Source: Azolla caroliniana
Taxonomy: Eukaryota > Plantae > Polypodiophyta
Assembly: GCA_043228905.1 (NCBI GenBank)
Contig: JBHGNT010000099.1
Span: 27,368 to 91,367 of the forward strand
DNA: 64,000 nt
Direction: 5' to 3'
The translations under genes were made by a program, and so were the position numbers. Shown piece after piece: positions 37,303 through 50,126 of the stretch. Position 1 is the first letter of the stretch. Each line of letters begins with the position of its first letter. Below the pieces are notes generated by a model. The model was not told where the DNA came from, did not search any database, and saw only the letters and a list, made by a program, of their open reading frames with translations.

Positions 37303-37958
37303 TGTCGTGATGTGGCATGTCTAGTGCGAGAAAAAGTCAAAAATTGAGGATCCACACACATTTCATGAATACTTGTAAAAATGAAAATAAAAAAACCTAG
37401 GTCACAATGGCATTGAGTGTATGTAGAGGGTTGCAAGTAGTATTTGAACTTTGCACCTCTAAGATAAGAGGCAATTACCTTAGCACTAAAGCTACTACTA
37501 AGTGCTTTAGATGTTCTATATTTCTTTCTCATGTTCAATATTTCGTAGGAAACAAACATACAAAACCGTTTCCACAAAACCACAGGTTTTAGCCCATGGG
37601 TTTGTGCATGTCATAAGCAAAACCGTGTGCGCATAACCATGGTTTTAGCCCATGGTTTTGCGCATGTCACAAGCATGGAGAGACCTATAAAAGCCTCTAG
37701 TAAGGCTTGTGTAAGGGGGGGGCTCAAGATGTGAAATCACTATCATCATCATCATCAATAATATAATATTCTTCTTGACATCTATCTTCTTCTTGAGTAT
37801 ACAAATATTTGTTCTTTTCAAATGTGATATTGGTTTCCTAACTCGTACATACGCATCATCGTCTTAATTTCCACTTCCTCACCTCTTTTGTCTCCTTCAT
37901 CCGTGGCCTCGGTGGTCCCACTCAAGAGAAGCACGCACGCACGTGCATCTTCGCGACA
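37303..37958 (+). mobile_element. Probable solo LTR (656 bp) in the integrase of D; 4-bp TSD CCGG
   Basis: Termini TGTCGTGA...TCGCGACA. CCGG at 37299-37302 and 37959-37962; removal restores YIQNRIGDK. TATA-like CTATAAAAG at about 37686. Confidence 0.85.
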
Positions 37959-38978
37959 CCGGTTTTGGATGTAGATGACCATCTGAACCGCCTCAGCCCA
38001 GTAGAAATGGGGCATGCTCTTCTCCTCCAACATTGCCCTTGCCGCATCAACAATCGACCAGTTCTTCCTTTCGGCCACGCCGTGTTGCTCCAGTGTGTAT
38101 CTACAACTGAACTCTCTCCGAATTCCTTTTTGCTACAAATAATTGTTGAATTGGCCGAAAAAATATTCTTTTCCGCCATCCGACCGCAAGCACTTGATCT
38201 TCCTCTCCGTTTCCCGTTCAATCGAGCTTTGCAGGTTCTGGAAACACTCGAAGTCTTCGCTCTTTCGCTCAATGAGTTAGATCCATGTGTGCGGGATGTA
38301 GTCGTCAATAAAGGAGACGAAGTATCAACTCCTGCCAAGACTAACGTTCTGTGTCGGTCCCCATGCATCCGAATGGAAAAGGTCGAGCTTGTTACGACTA
38401 CGGTTTCGTTCGGTGGGGAATGGAAGCCGGTGTTGCTTCCCGAGTTGGCAGGCTTCAAATATTTGAACCTTCCGGCCACTAAACTTTAGCAAACCGAAAA
38501 CAACTTATTTCGTTTGCAAGTCTTGAAGCCTCCGGTTGTTACCGTACGAGACGTACGTGTGATGGATAAGTGTGATAAGTGAGGGTGAAAGATGTAATGT
38601 GTTGATATGTATGTGTAATCTTATACGATTATGAGTGTGAATGTAAGTGTGAGTGTGGTGGATACAAAGAGGTGTGAGTGAGTGACTAGGTGTGAATGCC
38701 CAAGGGGCTTACACCCTTGTGGATCTACTCCTTTATACCTATTTAACCCCTTATGGGGAATGAATGAATGGAACAATAACCATTTCTCTTTCTCTCTCTT
38801 TGACATATTTCTCTCTCTCTCTCTCTCTCCCCTTACGTTGAACCCCCTTGGGAGGGGGGTGGAGCCATTCTAGGCACCACCCCCCACCCCTCAATGCTTG
38901 TGTTGTTCTTCGTGATCTCTCACCATTATCATCACAAATACATTATCAATCTACCATGATTGTTAACCCTATTCCTAT

Positions 38979-41900
38979 TGTTGAGAGACAAGCTCAACAT
39001 CGGCCGGATCGGCTGAAGAAGCCGAGAACCGGATCGGTTGGGACCGATCGGTTAGGCCGAGTGCGTAAACCGGGAGGCCGTTAGGAAAGATATTCCGTGA
39101 CGAATATATTTGGGAGTTAGTGTAGGAGCTCTTGATGAGCATTGAAGTACTGTCAGTACTTCGGTCAGTCCTTTTAGGGCTTGTATAGAAGTGCTCACTG
39201 AGCACGTCTTATGTACAAACTGAGTATTATTGTTGAATATAGTTTTTTAAGTTTTCTCTCTCTGTCTCTCCCGAGTATACTGCGTAAGCTCAAGCTCTCT
39301 ATTGAACCTGAGTTTCCTTCCTTCTGTTCGGTCTTCATACTTGCTTCTGCACGTTACTTTCTACATGGTATCAGAGCGCGAGGGTTGAGAACCTCTCTGG
39401 AGCCGACACAGCTTGACGAAGAGGAACGAGAAGAACGATGGATAGAGGCATGGCGAGCTCGCTTCCAACAGAGAAGCTCGACAGAACCAACTATGCGTCT
39501 TGGTCCTACAAGATGCACCAGTACCTGCTTGGGCATGACTACTGGAGTTATGTCGAAGGAGCTAATGACGCGGCACTCGAATCGACACACAGAGACTTCC
39601 CGTCGTGGGAGCAATCGGCGAGCAGGGTATTGTACTGCTTCGCGTCGTGTGTGGGCGAACAACTATTGAGCTATGTTCGGGATGCAAAGACGCCAAAGGG
39701 TGCGTGGGAAAATCTAAAGAAGATTTTCGCCGCGAGCACCACAGCTAGGAAGCTTCAGCTCCGACAGGAGTTGAGCAACCTACGACAACGCGACTTGTCG
39801 GTGGCGGACTATACCTCGAAGATCAAGGATATCTGCGACTCCCTCGCCTCCATAGAGGTGAACATCGAGGAGAGCGAGATGGTCCAGATCTGTCTCGGAG
39901 GTTTGGCGTCGATGTTCGGAGCGTTCCGAACGGTTGTGTGTACCCGGGAGAATACGCCATCCTTTTTTGATTTACAGTCGATGCTCCTGGTAGAGGAGAA
40001 CCACGTGGGTACGTCTACAAGCACGCACACCGACAGCAGAATGCTGTACACGGAGGGAGATAGGCCCCGTGGACGTGGAGGACGAGGCGAGTCGGCACGC
40101 AATGGAGGCGGCCGACAAGATCAAGAAAGAAGGCACCGAAGTGATGCCGACAGCAACTCCGGACCCTCCGGAAATAGGGGGAGTCAAAGCGATGAGAACC
40201 GGCAAGGGAAGTCCATCGCGGAGTGCTGGTACTGTGGCAAGAAACGCCACAAGGAAAGTGAGTGCTGGAAGAAGCGCGCCGATTCGGAGAGAACTGGTTC
40301 CGGGAACGGCTCCAGACATACCGACAAGGGAAATCGGCAGCGATCACACTACGCCCAAGACTCTGGGAGAGTCGGAGAAGGGTCTGTCTTCGTGACGAGA
40401 CATGAAGCAAACTCAATGAAACAGACCACCCCGAGATCGGACGAGGTGTGGTACGTAGACTCTGGCGCGTCAAACCACATGACGAGCCATAAGGAGTGGT
40501 TCTCGTACCTTGAAAAACCGATACAACCTGGAGTAGTCGCAACTGGAGACGACACTCCGCATCCGATCGCGAATGTCGGAGAAGTTCCCCTTAGCCATGT
40601 CGGGCAGAAAGGGAAACTCTTGAACGTGCTACATGTCCTGAAAATCACGAAAAACTTGGTCTCGGTCGGACAGATCGTCGACCAAGGAATGGAGGTTCGG
40701 TTTACACACCTCGGGTGCTTCATTGAGGAAGAAGGCCGTGTGATTGCGCAAGGGCACAGAGACGGGAGGATGTTCATCCTCGATTCCACTGACGGCGGCA
40801 CCGCACTGTTCGCAAAGGGACAAAAAGCCGAGTCGGACATCGACTTGTGGCACAAGCGGATAGGCCACGTCAACCACCAACGGCTTTAAGATCTGCAATC
40901 GAAACAGGTAGTGTTCGGATTGCCCAAATTTAGTGGCCGAAAGGCACAAATTTGTGAAGCCTGCCAGCTCAGGAAGCAACACCGACTTCCTTTCCCCAAC
41001 GAGTGAAACTGGAGCCGGAACAAGCTCGACCTTATACACTCCGATGTGTGGGGGCCGGCACAAAACGTTAGTCTTGGCGGGAGCCGATATTTCGTCTCCT
41101 TCATCGACGACCACACGCGGCACACGTGGATCTACCTCATTGAGAGGAAGAGCGAAGTCTTCGACTGTTTCCGGGACCTCAAAGGGTTCGTGGAAGCCGA
41201 AACGGGACGAAAGATCAAGTGCCTGCGGTCGGATAGCGGGAAAGAGTACTTTCCCGGTCAATTCAACGGTTACCTACAACAAATGGGAATTCGCCGCGAA
41301 TTCAGTTGTAGATACACGCTAGAGCAGAACAGCGTGGCCGAGAGAAAGAATCGTTCAATTGTGGAAGCGACACGGGCAATGCTGGAGGAGAAGAGCTTGC
41401 CCAAGTTCTACTGGGCCGAGGCGGTAAGGACCGCGGTATACATCCAAAACCGGATTGGAGACAAAGTGTTGGCGCACGAGCTATATTTCGGAACGAAGCC
41501 GAACTTGCGACACTTGAGGGTGTTCGGTAGCATTGCGTATGTGCATGTACCGAAGGAGAAAAGGAGGAAGCTGGACGCAAAGGCCAAGAAATGCATCTTG
41601 GTCCGTTACTCGGACGAGCAGAAGGGTTATAAGTGCTATAACCCTCGCACCAAACAAGCGTGTGTCAGTCGCGACGTTGTGTTTGACGAGTCCGCGTCCT
41701 GGTACCTACCCCCGACTACAAACCTCGACTCCAATCCGGGCTCTGACGATGAGGTCAGCGAGGCCGAGATGCCTCCGGATGAGCCCGAAATCGAGACCCG
41801 CGAAGAGAGTCGGATTTCACTCCGGTTAAGTGGACCAATTGGATGACTGAGTCGGTACGACCATTCCGATGAAGAGCCGGCGAGTAGAAGAGACTCGGCC

Positions 41901-44629
41901 GTGCATTCCCCGCGCAGGAAGCCGAGGAGATGGCTTACGCGCTAAGCGAAAGGGAAGAAGAAGGTGTCGGATTCCGGCACGGATAGGAACGAGTCAGACC
42001 GACGCGAGTCTGACTTCGAGGGAACCGGTGACGGGTCTTTAAAGATGAAGACCGCGTCGACCGAGAAGGCCTCGACATCGGCTAATGTGAGATTACGCCG
42101 ATCTACCCGCCAAAAGAACCCAGTTGTGTGGTTCGGATACAACGAGTACATGGCGCATCATTATGCATACATGACCCATGTAGCGGAAGTGCGTGAGCCG
42201 GAGAGCTACGCAGAAGCGGCGAAGGACATGAATTGGCGCGCCACGATGGAAGAAGAGATGCAGGCATTGGCAGAGAACGAGTCCTGGGACCTGGTTGACG
42301 CACCAAGAGGTGTGAAGCCGATCGGGTGTAGGTGGGTGTACAAGGTCAAGTACAACACCGATGGCTCAGTCAACCGGTACAAGGCTCGGCTAGTGGCAAA
42401 AGGCTACGCGCAAAAACACGGCATCGACTACGATGAGACGTTTGCGCCGGTCGCGAAAATGACGACCGTCCGTGCTTTGCTTGCAGTAGCCGCGGCCAAG
42501 GGGTGGCACTTACATCAGATGGATGTAAAGAATGCGTTCCTGCAAGGTGACCTTGAGGAACAGGTGTACATGGTACAGCCCCCCGGATTTCACTCTGGAA
42601 CGAACTCCTCGGCAGTATGCCGACTGAAGAAGTCCCTTTACAGACTGAAGCAAGCCCCGCGTGCCTGGAACGCGAAGATCACACAACGACTGCGTCGGTT
42701 GGGCTTCGTCATGTCAAAATCGGACTCTTCCCTGTTCATCCGGAAAGGTCGACTCGGACCGGTTAGTATTTTACTGTATGTTGATGACTTGGTCATCACC
42801 GGCGCCGACCTAGGAGAAATCAACTACGTGAAGCTCCAGCTTGCGGCATCGTTCGACATGAAGGATCTGGGGGACCTTCATTACTTCCTCGGGATCGAAG
42901 TGATCCGTACCCCCGAAGGCATATTGATCAGCCAACGTCATTACGTGTTAAGTATGCTCTTCAAATTCGGGATGGCCGACTGTAAGTCCGTCTCGACTCC
43001 TCTGGACATAACCGTCAAGCTTCGTCCCGATACGGGAAAGGTATGCGACCCGACGAGGTTCCGACAAATTGTCAGAAGCCTCATATACTTGACCATCACC
43101 CGACCCGACCTCAGTTATCCGGTTGGAGTGATCAGTCAGTTCATGGCGCGACCTACCGAGGAGCACCTTTAGTGTGCGCAACGGGTACTGTGGTACGTAA
43201 GCGGCACTAAGGACTGAGGACTGCTATATCGGACTGGTGCAACCGCGCAGTTAGTCGGCTACACCGATGCTGATTGGGTTGGCAAGGCCGCCGATCGCCG
43301 ATCCACGTCTCGATACGCGTTCTCCCTCGGGAGTGCCGCGATCGCGTGGAGCAGTAAGAAGCAGCCGACTGTTGCGCTGTCGAGCACCGAAGCGGAGTAC
43401 CGAGGAGTGGCTGTCGCGACATGTGAAGCCATATGGTTGAAGTGGCTACTTAAGGACCTACAAGAGGAGGTGTCTGATCCAACGACGATCTACTGCGACA
43501 ACCTCAGCAACATCCAGCTCGCGAAGAACCCCGTTTTCCACGCACGGACCAACCACATTGAGGTGCACTACCATTTCGCCCATGAGCGTGTCCTTTCTGG
43601 TGAAGTCGAACTTCAGTACGTGCCGACAGATTGGCAGACTGCCGACATCTTCACAAAGCCTCTTGGTCTGGACAAGTTGCGGCAATTCTCCTGTGCGCTC
43701 GGGTTGCATCACCTCGATGTGCCTAACTTGAGGGGGAGAACAGTCCCGAATGACCAAGCAAAGTAGCAGGAAAGGAACGGAGGCCGCGACACCGAGTCGG
43801 TTGACTCGGCTGTTGACTCGTTTGTCGAGTTCAACTTCGGTACGGCTGAAGAAGCCGAGGGCGGACCCGCGGAAAAGTCCGGAAGCAGACAGAAGGGGAG
43901 CAACCAAAGGAGAGAGCCGAAGCCAACCATGCATGGGGAAGATAACGCCATCGAGGGCGAGAAGACCGAAGACGAGTTGGAGACAGCCAACTCGGACGTG
44001 AGCGAAAACCGATTGGAGGTAGCCGAGTCGGTTCAGATGTTTGATTCAGACACGTTGAATCAACTGAGGCCCAAGCGGAAGAAAAGACAGCAGAAGAAGC
44101 GTCAACACCGCAACAACAGAAGAGCTGATGAGGGCCACATGAGCAGACAAGCCGACTGAAAAGGGTCGAAGCGCGCGGAGTCGAACAGGTCGAGGAGTGC
44201 GAGCGAGGCGAGAAGCCAGGAGGAACCGGTGCTGTGAAGATCCCGAAGAGCCTCAAGTTGAGCTTGAGGGGGAGTGTTGAGAGACAAGCAACATCGGCCA
44301 AATCGGCTGAAGAAGCCGAGGACCGGATCGGTTGGGACCGATCGGTTAGGCCGAGTGCGTAAACCAGGAGGCCGTTAGGAAAGATATTCCGTGAGGAATA
44401 TATTTGGGAGTTAGTGTAGGAGCTCTTGATGAGCATTGAAGTACTGTCAGTACTTCGGTCAGTTCTATTAGGACTTGTACAGACTGAGTATTATTGTTGA
44501 ATATAGTTTTTTGAGTTTTCTCTCTCTGTCTCTCCCGAGTATACTGCGTAAGCTCAAGCTCTCCATTGAACCTGAGTTTCCTTCCTTCTGTTCGGTCTTC
44601 ATACTTGCTTCCGCACGTTACTTTCTACA
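38979..44629 (+). mobile_element. Full-length Copia G inserted in the 5' LTR of F; LTRs 38979-39365 and 44275-44629; TSD CCTAT
   Basis: CCTAT at 38974-38978 and 44630-44634. PBS at 39366-39377. Same lineage as D and A (SSLPxEKLDRxNYASW). Confidence 0.96.
39438..44159 (+). pseudogene. Copia G polyprotein with several in-frame stops and a C-terminal extension
   Basis: [36 protein letters not shown]. Confidence 0.92.
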
Positions 44630-46622
44630 CCTATCTTTATCATTATCATCATTAACCCTAACCCTAAATCCTATAACACCTTTTGGCGACCACTAAGGCG
44701 ACCCCCCTTTGGAGATGGAGTCGATGAATGATCCACGACAGTATGATGTGCGAGAGGAACTCACGAAATGATATGCGGTAGAAGTATGTGAGAGAGAGCA
44801 AAAAATCAAACCGACAATGTACAAGAAATGTGCGATAATGGTGACAATGATGTGCAAGAAATCGAATTTATGATGTGTAGCAAATCAAATCAGTAATGTG
44901 CAAGAAATAGCGACCACAATGTGTTGAAAATGGCCATGATAACGAAAAAAATAAACAATCATAATGACAACTGGAATGACAGAGAGATCAACAACGACAA
45001 CGATGACGATGGCCAGACCGAAGACGATCGGGACAAGAACCGGACAGCCAGAAAGACATGCCCGTTCATGTCGAACAACAATGGAGATGACCGGGGACTA
45101 CGGCCATGATGAATGACGACAGTCGGACAGCGACAAATATGCGAAGAAACAAAGATTGCAGAAGAAGGACTTGATGGTCGGAAAGAAAGAACAAACGGCC
45201 GAACGGATGGACGGAAGAATGAACGAAGGACCGGAAAGATAGGGTCAGAGATGGATGGCAGCCGAAGACGGCCGAGACAAGGGTCGGATGAAGCAGCATC
45301 GACGGCGAAACAAACGATGGCGGCCGGAACGATGACGGAGTCAGCGTACAACCGGCCAGAGAAACGCTGGACAAAGACGGCCGAGTAGATGGCCGCAACA
45401 GCGACATTGATGCCGAAAACCGACGGCCGAATAGGCCGACAAGGTCGGTGATAGAGACATCTTGAGATGGACCAGACAGACATGGCTAGACGGGCCAGAC
45501 AGTGGAAAGAGCGGCCAAAAAGGCCGGAAATCGGTCGAAATAGTCGGACAGTGGCTGGAGCAACCGGAGCGGCCGGAGGACGGACAAGGCCGGGGAAACG
45601 GAGGAGGCCGGAAAACAAGCGGCGGCAAAAAAATAGCAGCAACACCGGATTGTGGCCGTACAGAGATAGCAATGAAGCCGGAGACACAGAGGCGGACTCA
45701 AACGGACGGAAAACAAAGACGGTGATGGAGTCCGCAACAGAAGCAGCCGGACAGCGGCCGAGATGATGATGGAAAAGGCCAGAGAGGCCGGAAGGGCGTG
45801 GCCACACCGATTGTGGATAAGTGGACAAGACGACCGGGACGACGGACCGAACGCACGGTCGGAAGAGGAGGACGATGACCGGACATCGACAAAGACGGAG
45901 GAGAGGCCGGAAAGTGACCTAAGAGCAGTCGTAGTGGCCGAATGGAGGCGGCCGGACAAGGACGACATCAGTGGTCGGAGATGGCCACGGCAGGAGATGG
46001 AGACGGACGAGCGGCCAAAGAGTGGTCGAGGAGCGGCCGAAGCGGCCGTAATAGCCGAACAGTGGCCGGAGTGGCCAAACGGGCTGGACAGACGACCAAC
46101 CACGACAACAAAAACAAAGACAACGCAGAGAAGAAAGAGGCAGACATGCAGAAAATAAGAAGAAGAGAGAAGAGAAATGCAAGGAAGAAAAAGAAGATGT
46201 CATGGAAGAAGAGAAAGGCATGAACAGACAGACACGAAGTGGAAGAAACAGAGATAGAAGAAGAAAGAGAGAGGAGGAAAAGAAAGACAGGAAGAGGAGA
46301 AGAAGCAACGGTTAACACCAAGGAGGAAGAAGATGCAGACAACACGCAGGAGAAAACGTAAGAAGACAAACACTAAAGAAAAAATGAGAGGGAAAAAGAG
46401 AAGAGAGGGGCATGCGAATAAATTTTAAAATGTTGAGGGTAGCAGACTAAAATTTCAGAAACCTGGGGGTATTGAATGAAATTTTCAAAACTCGAGGGTA
46501 TATAATAAAAATTTTAAAAATCAAAGGGCACCTACGAAAATTTGAAAACTCATCAACACACAACTCACAAAATCAACAAAAGGAACACACATACATACAA
46601 CGTTTTTTTTGACGACCCAAAT

Positions 46623-46846
46623 GATGTTACCGAAGTTCGTGAACCGATAAAACGGGAATGTTCGTGTCAATGAAGATTCGTTGACCGACGTAGATGTTTG
46701 AGTCAAGCGCTCCGATCGAGCGAGTCGATCGTTGATGTTACCAAAGTTCGTAAGTCAACAAAACGAGAATGTTCGTGTCGCAGAAGAGTCGCTAACCGAC
46801 GGAGATGTTCGAGTCAAGCACTCCGATCGAGGGAGTCGATCGTTGA
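46623..46846. repeat. Two copies of an approximately 111-bp unit just upstream of the 3' LTR of F
   Basis: gatgttaccRaagttcgt...gagtcgatcgttga occurs twice. Confidence 0.8.
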
Positions 46847-49800
46847 GAGGACCGATGGAAATTCCGATCAAAGAAAAATTATAATCAAGGCATGTGGGAT
46901 CGACGTGCAAGACACTCTCCCACGGGCATGCCATATTGTGTTACCGTACGAGACGTACGTGTGATGGATAAGTGTGATAAGTGAGGGTGAAAGATGTAAT
47001 GTGTTGATATGTATGTGTAATCTTATACGATTATGAGTGTGAATGTAAGTGTGAGTGTGGTGGATACAAAGAGGTGTGAGTGAGTGACTAGGTGTGAATG
47101 CCCAAGGGGCTTACACCCTTGTGGATCTACCCCTTTGTACCTATTTAACCCCTTATGCTAAATGAATGAATGGAACAATAACCATTTCTCTCTCTCTCTC
47201 CCCTTACGTTGAACCCCCTTGGGAGGGGGGTGGAGCCATTCTAGGTACCACCCCCCACCCCTCAATGCTTGTGTTGTGCTTCATGATCTCTCACCATCAT
47301 CATCACACATACATTATCAATCTACCATGATTGTTAACCCTATTCCTATCTTTATCATTATCATCATTAACCCTAACCCTAAACCCTATAACACCGGTAA
47401 TTGACATGGCCAATCCGCTTGTGCCAGAGATCAATATCCGATTCAATCTTCTGTCCTTTGGCGAAGAAAGCGGTGCCGACGTCATTGGTGTCAAGGATGA
47501 ACATCCTCCCATCTCTACGCCCTTGCGCAATAATCTGGCCATCTTCCTTAATGAAGCACCCAAGGTGGGTAAACCGCATCTGCATCCCTTGATCAACGAT
47601 CTGACCAACTAACACCACATTCTTCGTGATAGTTGGAATGTGTAATACATTCATCAGCGTCCCCCTCTGTCCGACGTGGCTCAAAGGGACTTCTCAGACA
47701 TGCACAATTGGGTGAGGAGTGTAGTCTGGTTTCTCCAACTCCCGATTGTTCCGGTTTCTCCAAGAAAGAGAACCACTCTTTGTGGCTTGTCATATGATTC
47801 GACGCACCGGAATCAACGTACCACACTTCCTCCGATTTGGAAATGTTCTTCTTCATCGAGTTAGCCTCGTGTTTCATTACCAAGGTTGGCCCTTTATTGG
47901 CTTTTCCGGTTTTGGATCCTCCCAATCCTTGTGCATAGTGCGAGTATTGCCGGATCTCTCTCCCGGCCATGCCGGATCCAGATCTGTCTAGCACTCACTT
48001 TCTCTGAGGCCCTTTTTACCAGAGTACCAGCATTCCGTGTCGGCCTTTGCTTGTCGGCCTCTGATGCCGCCTTGACTCCGCTCGCTTGTGGAGGGTCCGG
48101 AACTACTGTCGGCACGTTCTCTATGCCTTCGGTCCTGTTCTTGCCGACCCGCCTCGTCCACCACGCCCACCAGGCCGATCCGCCTCCGTGTACAACATCC
48201 GGTTGTCGGTGGGTGCACTTGTTGACGCACCGGCATGGTTCTCCTCTACAAGGAGCATCGACTGTAAGTCGAAAAATGACGACGTATTCTGCCCTGTACA
48301 TACCGCCGTTCGGAACACTCTGAACTTAGACGCTAGGCCCCCAAGACAGATCTGCACCATCTCATCTTCCTCTACAGTGACGTTGATAGACGCAAGTGAG
48401 TCATAGATCTCTTTGATTCGGACTGTGTAATCAGCTACCGACATGTCCTTTTGTCGAACATTGCTCAACTCATGTAGGAGTTACAGCTTCTGATCCATAG
48501 TGCTCGCCGTGAAAACCTTCTTCAGGTTTCCTCAAGCTTATTTTCGCGTCTTGGCATCTCAGACATGGCTCAGCAGTTGGTTTTCGACACTGGACACAAA
48601 GCAGTACATCATTCTGCTTGCCGCTTGTTCCCACACTAGGAAGTCCTTGTGTCCCGCATCAGGTGTTGTGTCGTTAGCTCCATCGACATAGCTCCAGTAA
48701 CCATGGCCAAGCAAGTACTGGTGCATCTTGTATGACCAAGATGCATAGTTGGATCTGTCGAGCTTCTCCACCGGGAGAGAGCTAGCCATTTCATTGTCGA
48801 TCACTTCTCTTTCTGTTCTAACCGGGTCTTAGGGTTTGTCTTCAGATGCTGATGTCGGCAGCAAAGGTTCTCAACCCTCGCGCTCTGATAACATGAAAAA
48901 TAAAAACTGCGGAAGCGTTAGACAATTGGCTTAGCCGGATAGCAACAGAGAGAGAGAGAGATGAACACACAAACGGTACGCAGGAGAGACAGAGAAAGAG
49001 CAGAACAACTTAAATCTATTATCAACAACTCTGTAAAATTCTCTGTACATACAATGTTCTCAACAACACTATTTATACAAGTCCTAAGAGGACTGACAGA
49101 GGTACAGTGTACTTCAATGCTCACACGAGTGTCTAACTCTAACTACGAGGCATTAACTACCTAGTCGTCTAGGCTGCTACTAGGCTTCCGGTTACTGCTT
49201 GATCTGGCTAACTGACTCCCCAACTCACCCGCTCGCCGATCCGGCCCATCCTTCGGGATGTCGATCTGGCTCAGGCTTATTCAGCCGGTCCGGATCTAGT
49301 TGTGCTTGTCGCTCAACACAAATGCATGTGCAAAGACAGATCCTACCTCATTGTTTAGGATATGTTTCGTATTATAAACTTGTTCATATGTTTAGTGATA
49401 TAATCCTTCTTCAATCGAGTGAGGTGGAAACCTCTCCGTGTCTCGGGTTGTGATGAGCCCCAGGTTTTCATCATCCACATGTCTAGGTCTTCATATGTGT
49501 CTGGTCGTGCACAAAGGAAATAACCCCAATGTTTGTGTGAACCTTTTGGCCCTGAGTTGCTAAAAACTTAGACCTCCCTCTGGTGGGGGTCATCTTACTT
49601 TCTTTGATGGGGGTCCTTTTTCTTTCCTTGCATGGTGTGATGACATTTTCGGTCACCATTTTCATCTTTGTGGGCTTCCTTGTCATGTGAATCCTATCTC
49701 TCTTCTTCGCCTCACATGCACAACAATAGTAAATAATAGTAAATCATGCACAACAATAGTAAACAATATTAAATAATATACAATTCAAGGAGATATCGGA

Positions 49801-49934
49801 TATGAAACATAATGTTAACTCCTGATACTTAACATATACACATGTTGACCAACTCTCAAATTCAAGCATATGCATGTACAAAGCTCTCAAATGATCAAGG
49901 GAAAACAACAACAACAAAACCCTAAACGATAATA

Positions 49935-50126
49935 ACAGATAGAATCAAACATACAAATAAACATGTCCCAAACATCGTTTATGGTTGCAGATGTAAAAAA
50001 ACAGATAGAAAATGACAAAAACAAATAGAATCAAACATACAGATAAACATGTCCCAAACATCGTTATGGTTGCAGATGTAAAGAAACAGATAGAAAATGA
50101 CAAAAACAGATAGAATTAAACATACA
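49935..50126. repeat. Tandem repeat, unit about 86 bp, about 2.3 copies
   Basis: atagaatcaaacatac...catgtcccaaacatcg...ggttgcagatgtaaa repeated. Confidence 0.8.

Larger units (their letters stand above)
38537..47393 (+). mobile_element. Non-autonomous LTR element F with no gag or pol; 5' LTR 38537-38978 plus 44635-44678, 3' LTR 46939-47393; TSD CCGGT
   Basis: CCGGT at 38532-38536 and 47394-47398; removal restores GHVNYRRLQ of D. PBS TGGCGACCAC at 44684-44693. About 2.3 kb of low-complexity interior. Confidence 0.92.
28763..49318 (-). mobile_element. Copia element D, antisense and degenerate; 5' LTR 48894-49318, 3' LTR 28763-29163; carries three nested insertions
   Basis: PBS (reverse complement TGTTATCAGAGC) at 48882-48893 and PPT at 29164-29175. 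Collinear gag-PR-IN-RT-RH once inserts are removed. Flanks CCAAT and CAAAT are an imperfect match. Confidence 0.9.
26821..49686 (-). pseudogene. Decayed gene of unknown function in H (NNEVGSVFARAFACELHGDIEVDWEDFA plus coiled coil), internally amplified and split by D; pieces 26821-28762 and 49319-49686
   Basis: Minus-strand ORF pieces; 49319-49660 is homologous to the 716-bp repeat unit. Confidence 0.5.

Noticed and set aside
44959-46369. Long minus-strand ORFs in F as an antisense gene
   Set aside because: Low-complexity S/R/P/L/F content, explained by compositional lack of stop codons; no motif recognised.
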